Origin: Squalus acanthias
Lineage: Eukaryota
DNA length: 64,000 nucleotides
Assembly: GCA_030390025.1 (NCBI GenBank)
Contig: CM059431.1
Span: 139,130,001-139,194,000, forward strand
Direction of reading: 5' to 3'
In this document: positions 25,301 to 39,105 of the stretch, piece after piece
Numbering within the stretch: position 1 is the first letter of the stretch
Layout of the letters: each line of letters opens with the position of its first letter
The notes under the pieces: model-generated
The model's database searches: none
Seen by the model: only the letters and a program-made list of their open reading frames with translations
Told to the model about the DNA's origin: nothing
Made by a program: the position numbers and the translations under genes

Positions 25301-27018
25301 TCATTTTCGAAAAACAATAAACTTCCATGGAGATTTAATCAGCTTCTTCAGCTCTGCCCTGAATTTAGTTTGAGTAGCTGCATAAATACACGTGTTTGAA
25401 CAGGAACTCAAATACATGAGCATATATCCGGTTGCTGTGGCGATGTATGCGGGAACTGAATAATCGCCTCGGTAAAACGCGGCTTTTGACAGTCTGGTAG
25501 TTAAATAAATAACAACAGATGTCAGCCACAACAGTATAAAACTGCCCGATACACTGAAAAGTAAAATGATGGATTTCCTTTGGTTCTCCATCTCTGGATC
25601 GCTCTGATTCTCACTGCTGTGACCCCGAAATCCCCTGCGGGCTCTACTGGCCACTAAAATACGTCTGACTTTCAAACAATTAAACAGTAATATCAAAGCA
25701 AATGCAAGCCAAGCAATGAAAATGCTTTCTAACCAGTAGTACGCGACACTTGCAGCCGATGATAAAAACTCCACTCTGGCGCGGCAACCCCAGGGAACAT
25801 TGTTAATTATTCGCTCAGGTTCATATGCAAACCAAAAAGGGAGGCTCTGTAAACAGATCAGGAGAGAGACCGTTGTTATAACCGCGGCCGCAGTTCTCAC
25901 AGTGCAATACTTGGTTTTAAACTTCTCACAACATATAGCTACAAATCGGTCAAATGTGAATGAGACTGTAAACCACACCGACAAATATAAGGTGAAACAT
26001 TGCACATATATAATGATCTTACAACGGCAGTTAACGACAGGAATGAATGTGGAAAGTGATAACGTATAATGCGGTTCACTAATATATTGATGATCATGAC
26101 CAGTAGATCTGCTGTTGCCATGGCCACCATGTAGACAGAGATACATTTGGAAAGGCCGTAATTTCCTCTGGAGAGAATCACGATTGCCAGTAGGTTCGCT
26201 GTGAGAAAGAGGGTCAAGAGGTCAGTAACGGGGTCATTCAGATAAATCTCACAGCATATTGTGGGGAAATGTTCAGATGTGTCCCTGATAGCGTTATGCA
26301 CACGGATTGTTATCATGAATATAGGCGAGGGTTAACGTATGTTGTTTAACATAAATTATTCATTGGGCATTCAATATAGAGGGACAGACAATCCATCATC
26401 CTTCCAGCATACTTCAGTCAGTCTTTGTCAAATATTAAAAATAATTTCACGGCAATTTATGGAAAGATATAATTCAAATGAAACATTCAGCTGAGAGAAA
26501 AACGTTCAATTTATGTCCAAATTCTGCCGAGGGGAGTGGAGCATCTTCTTCAGTGGAAATTATTTCTCAAAATATCTTGCAAAGTCCTCTGTTGGGTGGA
26601 GGTGGTTTGCAGTTCGAGGAATTATCACATTGATATAGACAGGGAACAACGGCACAAATGAGGTGAATATTATAGACACTGAGCAACACGTTCTTTAGTG
26701 ATCTATGCACGGTTGGAGAGCCCGGGGAATTAGCCTCGCCCTCCCTCAGTATAGGGAGGAAGGTTGAGCGCCCGGTACAAACGATCTGCCCACCAGAACA
26801 GCGGCCGCACGTTCTGGTAGGATTCCCGCTGATATTCGGAGACTGATCCCGGTTGATGAATGAATATGCATTGAGGACATTCTCGGAATATGTTGCATTA
26901 ACACTCAGATAGTCAACAGCTACTAGGCAACAGGATACATTGACTTACCGGAAACGCCAAAGGCTGCGAGAAAATGATAGTAAATCTCCTTTATCTGTAG
27001 AATTGCTGGCCGTGCCAT
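25301..27018 (-). pseudogene. GPR139/GPR142-like class A GPCR copy 1; exon 1 27018-26949, exon 2 26198-25301; one frameshift
   Basis: Exon 1 MARPAILQIKEIYYHFLAAFGVS with GTAAGT donor; ctcacag acceptor. Motifs ANLLAIVILSR, AMATADLLV, FTFDRFVAICC and SCSNTCIYAATQ. 1-bp deletion at ~26023 relative to copy 2. Confidence 0.88.
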
Positions 27019-27097
27019 TGTTTTGCAGATTTGTGTGAAGATTGAGCGGCTTTACAGTTCCGACTAGAGTCAATCGGCGATCCGTAAGTGCTCACCC

Positions 27098-27103
27098 TTT
27101 ATA
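27098..27103 (-). promoter_or_regulatory. TATA box of GPCR copy 1
   Basis: TATAAA 80 bp upstream of the ATG; conserved at the same distance in copy 2 (63000-63005). Confidence 0.6.
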
Positions 27104-27464
27104 GGACCGCCGCTGCCCCTGTGAGAAAATCATGTTACACAATAATTGTCGGTTACAGTCACTTAACAAACAAGGAGCGATTTTCCCATTCAGTTTGCCC
27201 CGGCCGCCACTGGGGAAATTGAACAGATCAGTCCATGAAACTCGGTCCATTAAAATCAATGAACGGAAAATAATCCCAGAGGGAATGTGCTCTGCGAATC
27301 TCTGGTGAAAACTGAAGGCAACATCCTTCCCGGACTCTGCATTAGGTTCTTGAAGTCACATGTTAATTTGATGAAATCGTCACTCATCCATTGTATAACG
27401 ATTTGTTTTGTACTGTGATGATGAATGATGATGAATCGGCTCCAACATGACTGACGATGCTTTT

Positions 27465-30400
27465 AATCTTACATTACTGGTGGAGACCCTACTCTAACAT
27501 TACTGCTGGTGTCACCACTCAAACATTACTGGTGGTGACCCTACTCAAACATTACTGGTGGTAACCCTACTCAAACATTACTCGTGGTGACCCTACTCTA
27601 ACATAAATGCTGGTGACAGTATTCAAACATTACTGGTGGTGACTCTACTCTAACATTACTGGTGGTGACACTACTCTAAAATTACTGGTGGTGACCCTAC
27701 TCTAACATTACTGGTGGTTACTCTACTCTAACATTACTGGTGGTGACACTACTCAAACATTACTGGTGGTGACCCTACTCTAACATTAATGCTGTTGACA
27801 CTACTCAAACATTACTGGTGGTGACCTTACTCTAACATTACTGCTGTTGACTCTACTCTAACATTACTGGTGGTGACCCTACTCTAACATTACTGGTGTT
27901 TACTCTACTCTAACATTACTGGTGCTGACACTACTCAAACATTACTGGTGGTGAACTTACTCTAACATTACCGGTGATGACCCTACTCTAACATTAATGG
28001 TGGTGACGCTACTCTAACATTACTGGTGGTGACCCTACTCTAACATTAATGCTGGTGACCCTACTCTAACATTACTGCTGGTGACACGACGCTGCCAATA
28101 ATTGTGTTGATCCTACTGTAACATTCCAGTTGATGACCCTACGCAACATTACTGAAGTTGAGCCTACACTCACAGTATATGTCATGAATCTAGGCTACTA
28201 AAGCTGGTGTGATCGTACTCCTACGTTATTAGTGCTGATCCTGCTGTGACATTACTGGTGGTGAACCTGATCTAACATTACTGGTGGTGAACCAACTTTA
28301 ACATTACTGGTGGTGAATCCACTCTAACATTACTGGTGGTGACCCTGCTCTAACATTACTGGTGGTGACCCTACTCTTACATTACTGGTTGTGAACCTGT
28401 TCTAACATTACTGGTGGTGACCCTACTCTAACATTACTGGTGGTGTCTCAACTCTAACATTACATATGGTGAAGCTGCTCTAACATTACTGGTGGTGAAG
28501 CAAATCTAACATTAATGGTGGTGTATCAACTCTAACATTAATAGTGGTGAACCTACTCTAAAATTACTGGTGGTGAACCTCCTCTAACATTACTGGTGGT
28601 GTCTCAACTATAACATTACTGGTGGTGAACTTGCTCGAACATTACTGGTGGTGTCTCAACTCTAACATTACTGGTGTTGACCCTACTCTAACATTACTGG
28701 TGGCGAGCCTACTCTAAAATTACTGGTGGTGACACTTCTATAACATTACTGGTGATGACCCTACGCTACCATTACTCGTGGTGACCCTACTCTGACATTA
28801 CTGGTGGTGACACTACTCTAACATTACTGGTGGTGACTCTACTCTAACATTACTCGTGGTGACCCTACACTAACATTACTGATGGAGAAACTACTATAAC
28901 ATTACTGGTGGTGTCTGAACTCTAACATTACTAGCGGTGAACCTGCTCTAACATTACTGGTGGTGACCCTACTCTATCATTACTGGTGGTGACACTAATC
29001 AAACATTAATGATGGCGAACCTACTCTAACATTACTGCTGGTGTCTCAACTCTAACATTACTGGCGCTGACCCTACTCTAACATTACTGATGGCGAAACT
29101 ACTCTAACATTACTGGTGGTGACCCTACTCTAACATTACTGGTGGTGACCCTACTCTAACATTACTGGTGGTGACCCTACTCTAACATTACTGGTGGTGA
29201 CCCTACTCTAACATTACTGGTGGTAACACGACGCTGTCAATAATTGTGTTGATCCTACTGTAACATTACAGGTGATGACCCTACGCAACACTACTGAAGT
29301 TGATCCTACACTCACAGTACATGTCATGAATCTAGGCTACTATTGCTGGTAGTGATCATACTCCTACATTATTAGTGGTGATCCTGCTGTAACATTCCTG
29401 GTGGTGAACTGCTCTGACATTACTGGTGGTGTCTCAACTCTAACATTACTGGTGGAGTGTCAACGCTAACATTACTGGTGGTGAATCCACTCTAACATTA
29501 CTGGTGGTGAACCGGCTCTAACATTACTGGTGGTGACCCTACTGTAACATTACTGGTTGTGAACCTGATCTAACATTACTGGTGGTGATTCAACTCTAAC
29601 ATTACAGGTGCTGAACCAACTCCAACATTACTGGTGGTGACTCTACTCTTACATTACTGGTGGTGTCTCAACTCTAACATTACTTATGGTGAACCTGCTC
29701 TAACATTACTGGTGGTGAACCAGATCTAACATTACTGGTGGTGTCTCAACTCTAACTTTACTGGTGGTAAACCTGCTCTAACATTACTGGTGGTGAACCT
29801 GCTCCAACATTACTGGTGTTGTCTCAACTCTAACATTACTGGTGGTGACTCAACTCTAACATTACTGGTGATGACCCTACTCTAACATTACTGGTGGTGA
29901 CACTACTCTAACATTACTCGTGGTGACCCTACTCTAATATTACTGATTTTGATCCTACTCTATCATTACTGGTGGTGACACTACTATAACATTACTGATG
30001 GTGACCCTAAGCTAAAATTACTGGTGATGACCCTACTCTAACATTACTGCTGGTGACATTACTGGTGTGGTCTCCACTCTAACATTACTTGTAGTGCAAC
30101 CTTACTGAAGTTGAGCCTACACTCACAGTACATGTCATGAATCTAGGCTGCTATTGCTGGTAGTGATCGTATTCCTACATTATTAGTGGTGATCCTGCTG
30201 TAACATTACTGGTAGTGACTCTAATCTATCATTACTGGTGGTGACTCCACTCTCACATTACTGGTGGAGTATCAACTCTAACATTACTGGTGAGGTCCCT
30301 ACTCTAACATTACTGGTGGTGAACATGCTCTAACATTACTGGTGGAGTCTCAACTCTAACATTACAGGTGTTGAACCTGCTCTGACATTACTGGTGGTGA

Positions 30401-33400
30401 ACCTGCTCTAACATTATTGGTGGTGACCCTACTCTAACATTACTGTTGGTGAACCAACTCTAACATTACTGGTGGTGAACCTACTCTAACATTACTGGTG
30501 GTGAACCTGCTCTAACATTACTGTTGGTGAACCTGCTTTAATATTACTGGTGGTGAACCTGCTCTAACATTACTGGTGGTGACCATACTCTAACATTACT
30601 GCTAGTGTCTCAAATCTAACATTACTGGGGTTGAACCTGCTCTAACATTACTGGTGGTATATCAACTGTAACATTACTGGTGGTGAACCTACTCTAACAT
30701 TATTTTGGCGAACCTACTCTAACATTACTGGTGGTGTCTTAACTCTAACATTACTGGTGGTGAAACTGCTCTAACATTACTGTTGGTGTCTCATCTCTAA
30801 CATCTCTTACATTACTGTTCGTGACCCTGCTCTAACATTAATGGTGGAGAACCTACTCTAACATTACTGGCGATGACCCTCCTCTATCATTACTGGTGGT
30901 GACGCTATTCTAACATTTCTGGTGGTGACACTCCTCTAACATTACTGTTGGTGACTATAATCTAACATTACTGGTGGTGACACTACTCTAACATTACTGC
31001 TGGTGACCCTACTGTATCATTACTGGTGGTGACCCTACTCTATCATTACTGGTGGTGACCCACTCTAACATTACTGGTGGTTTCCTTACTCTATCATTAC
31101 TGCTGTTGTCCCTACTCTAACATTACTGATGGTGACTATAATCTAACATTACTGGTGGTGACACTAGTCTAACATTACTGGTGGTGACCCTACACTAACA
31201 TTAATGGTGGTGACCCTATTCTAACATTACTGGTGGTGACCCTACTCTATCATTACTGTTGGTCACCCTGCAATAACATTACTGGAGGCGTGCCTAGTTG
31301 AAATTAATGGTGGTGATTCTACTCTAAATTTAATGATGTTGTTCCTACGCTAACATTACTAGTGCTTTTTCAATCTAACATTACTGGTAGTAACTCTAGT
31401 CTATCATTAATGATGGCAATCCTGCACTAACATTATTTGTGGTGACGCTACTCTAACATTACTTTTAGACACCCTACTCTAACATTACTGTAGTGACACT
31501 GCTCTATCATTACTGGTGGAGAACCTAATGTAACCTTGCTGATGGTGTATCACTTTAACATTAGGTTTGCTGACCTTACTCTAACATCAAATTTGTGGTT
31601 TCCCTACTCTATCATTATTGGTGGTGACTCTACTTTTTTAGTAATGATGTTGGCCCTCCTCGAAAATTACTTGTGGTGACGCTACACTTACACGACAGGT
31701 GTTGATCCTACTCTAACATTAATTGTGCTGGCCATACTCGAACATTAATGGTGTTGACCTTACTCTATCATTACTGGCGGTGAACCAACTCTTATATTAC
31801 TGATGGTGACTCTACTCTAACATTAATGCTTGTGACCATATTCGAACATTATTGGTGGTGACTCCACTGTAACATTACTGGTGGTAACAGTACTCTTACG
31901 TTACAGGTGCTGAAACTACACGAACACAACTGATGGTGACACTGCTCTAACATAGCTGATTGTGACCGTACTCTAAAATCAATGCTGGGGAAATTAAACT
32001 AACATTACTGATGGTGACTTACTGTAGCATTGCTGTTGGTGGAACTACACTAACATTACTGATGCTGACCCTATACTAACATTGCTGATGGTGAATCCAC
32101 GCCAACATTATTGGTATTGACCATACCCTAACATAAATGTTGTCGTGTCTCTACTCTAACATTACTGGTGGTGATTAGACTCAAACATTACTGGTGGTGA
32201 ACCTACTCTAACATTACTGGTGGTGACCCTTCCATAACATTACAATGATGACACTGCTCTAACAATACTGGTGGTGACACTACTCTAACATTACTGGTGA
32301 TTAACCTACCCCAACATTACTGGTGGTGACCCTACTCGAACATTACTAGTGGTAACTCTATGATAACTTTAATGGTGGTGATTCTACTCTATCGTTACTG
32401 GTGGTGACCCTACTCCAGCATTACTGACAGTGATCCTACTCCAACATTACTGGTGTTGACCCAACTCTAACATTACTGGTGTTGACGCTACTCTAACATT
32501 ACTGTTGGTGAAACTACTTTAGCATTACTGTTTTTGACCCTGGTCGAACATTACTGGTGGTGACTCTACTCTCACATTACTGGTGGTGACTCTACTCTCA
32601 CATTACTGGTGGTGAACCTACTCTAACATTACTGGTTGTGACACTACTCTGACATTACTGGTGGTGATCCTACTGTAATTTACTGGTGGTGACTCGACTC
32701 TAACATTACTGACTTTGACACGGTGATTACATTACTGCTGGTGACACTACTCTAACATTACTGGAGATGACCCCACTTTTACTTTACTGGTGGTGGCCCT
32801 ACTCTAACATTACAGGTGATAACCCTACGCTAAAATTAATGAAGTTGATCGTATTTTCAGTGTACATGTCAAGAAACTAGTGTAACATTACAAGTGGTGA
32901 ACCTACTCTAAAATTAATATTGATATCCCAACTCTAACCTTACTGGTGTTGATCGTACTATAACGTTACTGTTGGTGACCTTACTCGAAAATTTCTCCTC
33001 TTGAAACTAATTTAACACTACTGATGGTGACCATTCTCCAACATTGCTGGTGGTGACCGTGATTTAAAATTACCTTTGGTTACCCCACTCTGACATAACT
33101 GATTGTGACCCTTCTCTATCATACCTGTTGGCGACCCTACTCTAACATTATTGGTGGTGAATCTACTCCAACATTAATGGTGGTGGCCCACACTAACATT
33201 GCTGGTGCTGACTGCACTCTAACATTACTGGTGGTGACTCAACTCCAACATTTCTTGTGGTGACCCTACTCTAACGTTACTGGTGGTGACCCTACTCTAA
33301 CATTTGTGGTGATGACCCTACTCTAACGTTACTGATGGTGAAACAACTCTATTATTACTGGTGGCGACCCTACTCTAGCAATACTGTTGTTGACCCTACT

Positions 33401-33985
33401 CTAATATTATTGGCGGTGATCCTACTCTAACATTACTGGTAATGACACTACTTTAACGTTACTGGTGGCGAAACTATCTAACATTACTTGTGGTGTCCCT
33501 GGTTTAACATTACTCTTGCTGAACCTACTCTAACACAACTGACTGTGACACAACTCTAACATTCCTAGCTGTGACCCTACTCTAACATTACTGGTTGTGA
33601 CTGTATGATAACTTTACTGATAGTGATCCTACAGTAACATATATGGTAGTGATCCTTCTGTAACATTACTGGTGATGCCGCACTCTAACAAATCTGATGG
33701 CTTACTTTACTCCAACATTACTGCTGGTAACTCTACTCTAACATTACTGATGGTGACACTATTCCAACATTTTTTTTGGTGAATCTACTCTAACATTACT
33801 GGTGTTTACCCTGCTCTAACATAACTGGTGGTGACCCTACTCTATCGTTACTGGTGTTGAAACTACTCTAACAATTCTGTTCGTGAACCTAGTCTAGCAT
33901 AACTGATGGTGACCCTACTCTAACATTACTGATGGTGACCCTATTTTACATTACTGGTGGTGAGCCTATGATTAATTTACTGGTA
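27465..33985. repeat. 26-bp satellite with higher-order structure
   Basis: Unit ctactctaacattactggtggtgacc, about 250 diverged copies. Confidence 0.97.
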
Positions 33986-33986
33986 T

Positions 33987-34460
33987 AAAAACAGGAGAAT
34001 CTGGAGGAACTCAGCAGGTCAGGCAGCATCTGTGAAGAGATAAACAGAGTTAACGTTTCAGGTCGATGACCTTTCGTCACAACTGGAATAAAGCAGAAAA
34101 TTGAACAGATTTTTAAACAAGTGTAGAGGCTGGGAAAGTGGGGAGGGGATCAAAGAATAAAAGGGAAGATCTGTGATAGGATAGAAGGATGGAAGAGGTT
34201 AAGAGACATTAAGAGATTTTAAAGGCAAAAGGAGATGGTAATGGGACAGGTTAAGAAACAAAGGATGGCTCTAGGTGAAGTGTAAATTGCGCTGGCAGAA
34301 TAAAAGACAGCTGCCATGTGGGGGAGAAGAAAAAAAAGACAGACAAAGAGTCTGGATAAAAAAAATATTTATAAATGATAGGGGCTGAGGATATGATCTG
34401 AAATTGTTGAATTCTATGTTGAGTCCAGAGGGCTGGAAAGTGACTAGAGGAGGAGACTAG
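33987..34460 (-). mobile_element. Penelope-like element 3' part; probably continues at 39051-39105 beyond the nested CR1
   Basis: Reverse complement resembles 20880-21300 (gatctgaaattgttgaattctatgttgagtccagagggctg; agagttaacgtttcaggtcgatgacctttcg). Confidence 0.8.
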
Positions 34461-34465
34461 GGTGT

Positions 34466-37400
34466 CATAGAGTCATAGTCATAGCGTTATACAGCACAGA
34501 AAGAGGCTCTTCGGCCCATTGTGTCCGCGCCGGCCATGAAGCCCTGTCTATTCTAATCCCATTTTCCAGCACTTGTACCGTAGCCTTGTATGCTATGTCG
34601 TTTCAAGTGCTCATCTAAATGCTTCTTGAATGTTGTGAGGATTCTTGCCTCTACCATCCTTTCAGGCAGTGAGTTCCAGATTCCAACCACCCTCTGGGTG
34701 AAAAAGTTTTTCCGGAAATCCCCTCTAAACCTCCTGCCCCTTACCTTGAAACCATGCCCCCTGGTTATTGTGCCCTCTACTAAGGGGAAAAGTTCCTTAA
34801 TAACTACCCTCTATATGCCCCTCATAATTTTGTACACCTCAATCAGGTCCCCCCTCAGCCAACTCTGCTCTAAGGAGAACATCCCCACCCTGCCCAGTCT
34901 CTCATCATAACTGAAGCGCTCCAGCCCAGGTAACATCCTGGTCAATCTCCTCTGCACCCTCTCCAATGCAATCACATCCTTCCTATCGAGTGGCAACCAG
35001 AACTGCACACATTATTACAGCTGTGGCCTAATCAGCGTTTTGTACAGCTCCATCATAACCTCCCTGCTCTTATATTCTATGCCTCGGCTAATGAAGGCAA
35101 GTATCCCATATGCCTTTTTAACCAACTTATCTAACTGACTTGCTGCCTTCAGGGATCTATGTACATGCACACCAAGGTCCCTCTGATCCTTTGTCCTTCC
35201 TATGTTCCTACCATTCATTCTGTATTCCCTTGCCTTGTTAGTCCGCCGAAAATGCATCACCTCACACTTTTCAGGGTTAAATTCCATTTGCCACTCTTCT
35301 GCCCATCTAATCAACCCGTCTATATCGTCCTGTAGCCTGAGGCTTCCCTCCTCGCTATTTATCACTTCACCAATTTTCGTGTCATCTGCGAACTTACTGA
35401 TCATACCTCCTATATTCATATCTAAATCATTAATGTACACTACAAACAGCAAAGGACCCAGCACCGATCCCTGCGGTACGCCACTGGACACAGGCTTCCA
35501 GTCACAAAAGCAACCTTCGACCATCACCCTCCGCATCCTGCCACTAAGCCAATTTTGGATCCAATTTGCCAAGGTGCCCTGGAACCCATGGGCTCTTTCC
35601 TTCTTGACCAGTCTCCCATGCGGGACTTTGACGAAAGCCTTACTGAAGTCCATGTAGACCATTCAGCTGCACTACCCTCATCCACACACCTAGTCACCTC
35701 CTCGAAAAATTCAATCAAATTGGTCAGACATGATCTCCCCCTGACAACGCCATGCTGACTATCCTTGTTTGATCCTTGCCTCTCCAAGTGGAGACTAATT
35801 CTGTCCCTTAGAATGTTTTCCAATAATTTCCCTAGCACTATTGTTAGGCACACTGGCCTGTAATTCCCTGGTTTATCCCTACTACCCTTCTTGAATAATT
35901 GTACTACGTTAGCTGTGCTCCAGTCCTCTGGCACCTCCCCTGTGGACAGAGAGTTTATGAAAATTTGTGTCAGAGCCCCTGCAATCTCTTCCCTTGCCTC
36001 ACACAGCAGCCTGGGATATATCTCGTCTGGGCCTGGGGATTTATCCACTTTTAAGCCCGCTAAAACCGCTAGTATCTCCTCCCTCTCAATACTAATTTGT
36101 TCACGTATATCACAATCCCCCTGCCTGATTTCAATGCCTAAATCGTCCTTCTCCATAGTGAACACAGATGCAAAATATTCATTTAGAACCTCACCTACAT
36201 CTTCCGACTCTACACACAGATTGCCTCTTTGGTCCCTAATGGGCCCTACTCTTACCCTGGTTATCCTCTTGCCCTTAATATACTTGTAAAACACCTTGGG
36301 ATTTTCCTTTCTTTTGCCTGCCAGTGTTTTTTTATGCTCCCTCTTCGCTCTCCTAATTTCATTTTAAGTACCCCCCTGCACTTTCTATACTCCTCTAGGG
36401 CTTCCACTGTTTTTAGTCCTTTGTATCAGGCAAAAGCCTCCGTTTTTTCCTAATCCATTCTTGTATATCCCTTGACATCCAGGGTTCACTTGGCTTGTTG
36501 TTCCCAACCGTGACCTTTACGGGAGCATGTTGGCGTTGTACTCACTCTATTTCCTTTCTGAAAGACTCCCACTGCTCTGATGTGGATTTCCTGCAAGTAG
36601 CTGATCCCAGTCCACTTTGGCCAGATCCTGCCTTATGATATTACAATCGGCCTTCCCCCAATTTAGAACCTTTATTTCCATCCATCTTTGTCCTTTTCCA
36701 TGAAAACCTTAAATCTCGCCGAATTACGCTCACTCTCACCAAAATGCTCTCCTACTGTCACTTCGACCACTTGCCCGGCTGCATTCCCTAGAATTAGGTC
36801 CAGTACCGCCCCCTCTCTTGTAGGACATTCTATATGCTGGCTCAAAAAGCTCTCTTGGATTCACTTTAACAATTCCGCACCCTCTAAGCCTTTCACACCC
36901 TGACTATCCCACTTAATATTGGGGAAGTTGAAATCCCCTAATAATATTACCCTATTATTTCGACACTTCTCTGAGAATTGCCTACATATCTGTTCCTCTA
37001 TCTCCCCTGACTATTTGGGGGCCTATAGTACACTCCCAGCAAAGTGCTTGCCTCCTTTTTGTTTTTAAGTTCTACCCATATGGCCTCATTAGAGGAACCT
37101 GCTAAGATATCATCCCTCCTTACAGCAGTAATTGACTCCTTGATTAATATTGCGACACGTCCTCCTCTTTTACGCCCCCCTTTGTCTCGCCTGAAGATTC
37201 TATACCCCGGAATATTGAGCTAGCTGTCCTGCCCCTCCCTCAACCATGTCTCTGTGATAGCAACAATATCATACTCCCATGTGTTCATCAACAGCTTCAC
37301 TTCGTCTGCCTTACTCGCAAGACTCCTTGCATTAAAATAAATGCCATCCAGCCTTGTCATACTCCTTTTGCCGTTACATATTTGCTCTGCCTTCCATGCT

Positions 37401-39050
37401 GACTTGTTTATTCCTCTATGTTTGGCTGTGCATCACCCTCTACTATAGCTCCAATCCGTTTCCAATCCCTCTGCCAAGTTAGTTTAAACCACCCCCCTTA
37501 AACAGTACTTGCAAACCTCCCCGCAAGGATGTTGTTCCCATTCCGGTTCGGGTGCAACCCGTCCGACTTGTACAGGTCCCACCTTCCCCAGAAGCAGACC
37601 CAGTGATCCAGGAAACTAAAGCCCTCCCTCCTGCACCAACTCTTTAGCCCCGCACTCATCTGCTCTATCGTCCTATTCCTATACTCACTCGCACGTGTCA
37701 CCGGGAGTAATCCAGAGATTACAACATTTGAGGTATTGCTTTTTAATCTGCCACCTAGCTCCCTAAATACTTGTAGCAGGACCTCATCCCTCTTTCTACC
37801 CATGTCGTTGGTACCAATGTGAACCACAACCTCTGACGGTTCGCCCTCCCCCTTCAGAATGCCCTGCAGCCGTTCAGTGACATCCTGGACCCTGGCACCA
37901 GGGAGGCAACATACCATCCTGGAGTCACGTCTGCGGCCACATAAACGTCAACTGTTCCCCTTACGATAGAATCCCCTGTCACTATTGCTCTCCCACTCTT
38001 TTTCCTCCCCTCTTGTGCAGCTGAGCCACTCGTAGTGCCACAGACTTGGCTCCTGCTGCATTCCCCTGAGAAACCATCTCCCCCCGCAGTATCCAAAAAG
38101 GAAAATCTGTTTGAGAGGAAGACGTACGCAGAGGACTCCTGCACTACCTTCCCAGTTATTTTACTCTCTCTGGCGGTCACCCATTCCCTGTCGGCCTGTG
38201 CACTCTTTACCTGCAATGTGAACCATCTTGTTAAACGTGCTATCCATGAAGATCTCAGCTTCGCGGATGCTCCACAGTGACTCCAGCCCCAGCTCCAGCT
38301 CTGAAACACGGATTTCGAGTAGCTGCAGCTGGAGACACTTCCTGCACATGTGTTCGCCCTGGACACCTAAAGTTTCGCTGAATTCCAACATAGCATTGGA
38401 GGAGCACTCCACGCTGCCGAGCTGCCCTGCCATGTCCTACCCTTAATTTACACCATTTACTGCCTTTAAATTAAAGAATATTAAATACACTAGGAACCTT
38501 ACTTCCCTTGAAACACTACTTACTCTAAACTAGAGACCTTACTTTTACTTTAACGACTGGAATGTAAAAATACTGTAGAAATACTCACCGCAGGTTCTCT
38601 GTCCCCTCTTGTGCAGCTTTTTAGCGCCTGCTCTCCTGGAAGCTGACAAAGATAGAGAAAGAAAGGAACACCTCCCTCCCCTACTCCCTCACTCACCAAA
38701 CTAGCAGCTTACCACTCTGTTCCGCTCTGCACTCCGTGACAAACTGCACTCTAGCTTCCCTTATTTATACTGCTGAAATTTAAGTAAGTGAGCTCTCTGG
38801 CAGTTACTGAACCAGATTAGACCAGTTAATTAATTAATTGCTCTCATCTGCTCTCCAGCGCAGAGCTTGCTTAGCCCTGCCCAAGCCTGGAAGAAACTTA
38901 AAACTTGAAACAGTACATTTCAATTTATGTTAAATGCTAATTGCAAGCATACAAGACAAGATTGTATATAAAAAAAGAGATTAACCTTTAAGATTCACTC
39001 CCTCACTCACCAAACTCGCAGCTTAACACTTTGTTCCGATCTGCACCATG
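34466..39050 (-). mobile_element. Near full-length CR1 LINE (5' UTR, ORF1 Zn-finger plus SGNH esterase, ORF2 endonuclease plus RT); disrupted
   Basis: HMCRKCLQLQLLE, TGDSIVRG, VHIGTND, DGLHPN; KSPGPD, GNYRPV, GVPQGSVLGP, KFADDTK; catagagtcatag tail. Confidence 0.95.
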
Positions 39051-39105
39051 TTGCAGAGGGAGCGGTCCCTACGGAATGCTGAAAGGGGAGCCAAAGGGAA
39101 GATGC

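Noticed and set aside
25939..26316. ORF-track N-termini of the GPCRs (also 62107-62248)
   Set aside because: They read through intron sequence; the real first exons lie upstream with canonical splice sites.
27465..33985. CRISPR-like or mucin-coding array
   Set aside because: No unique spacers, no cas genes, eukaryotic context; the 26-bp unit is not a multiple of 3 and contains stops.
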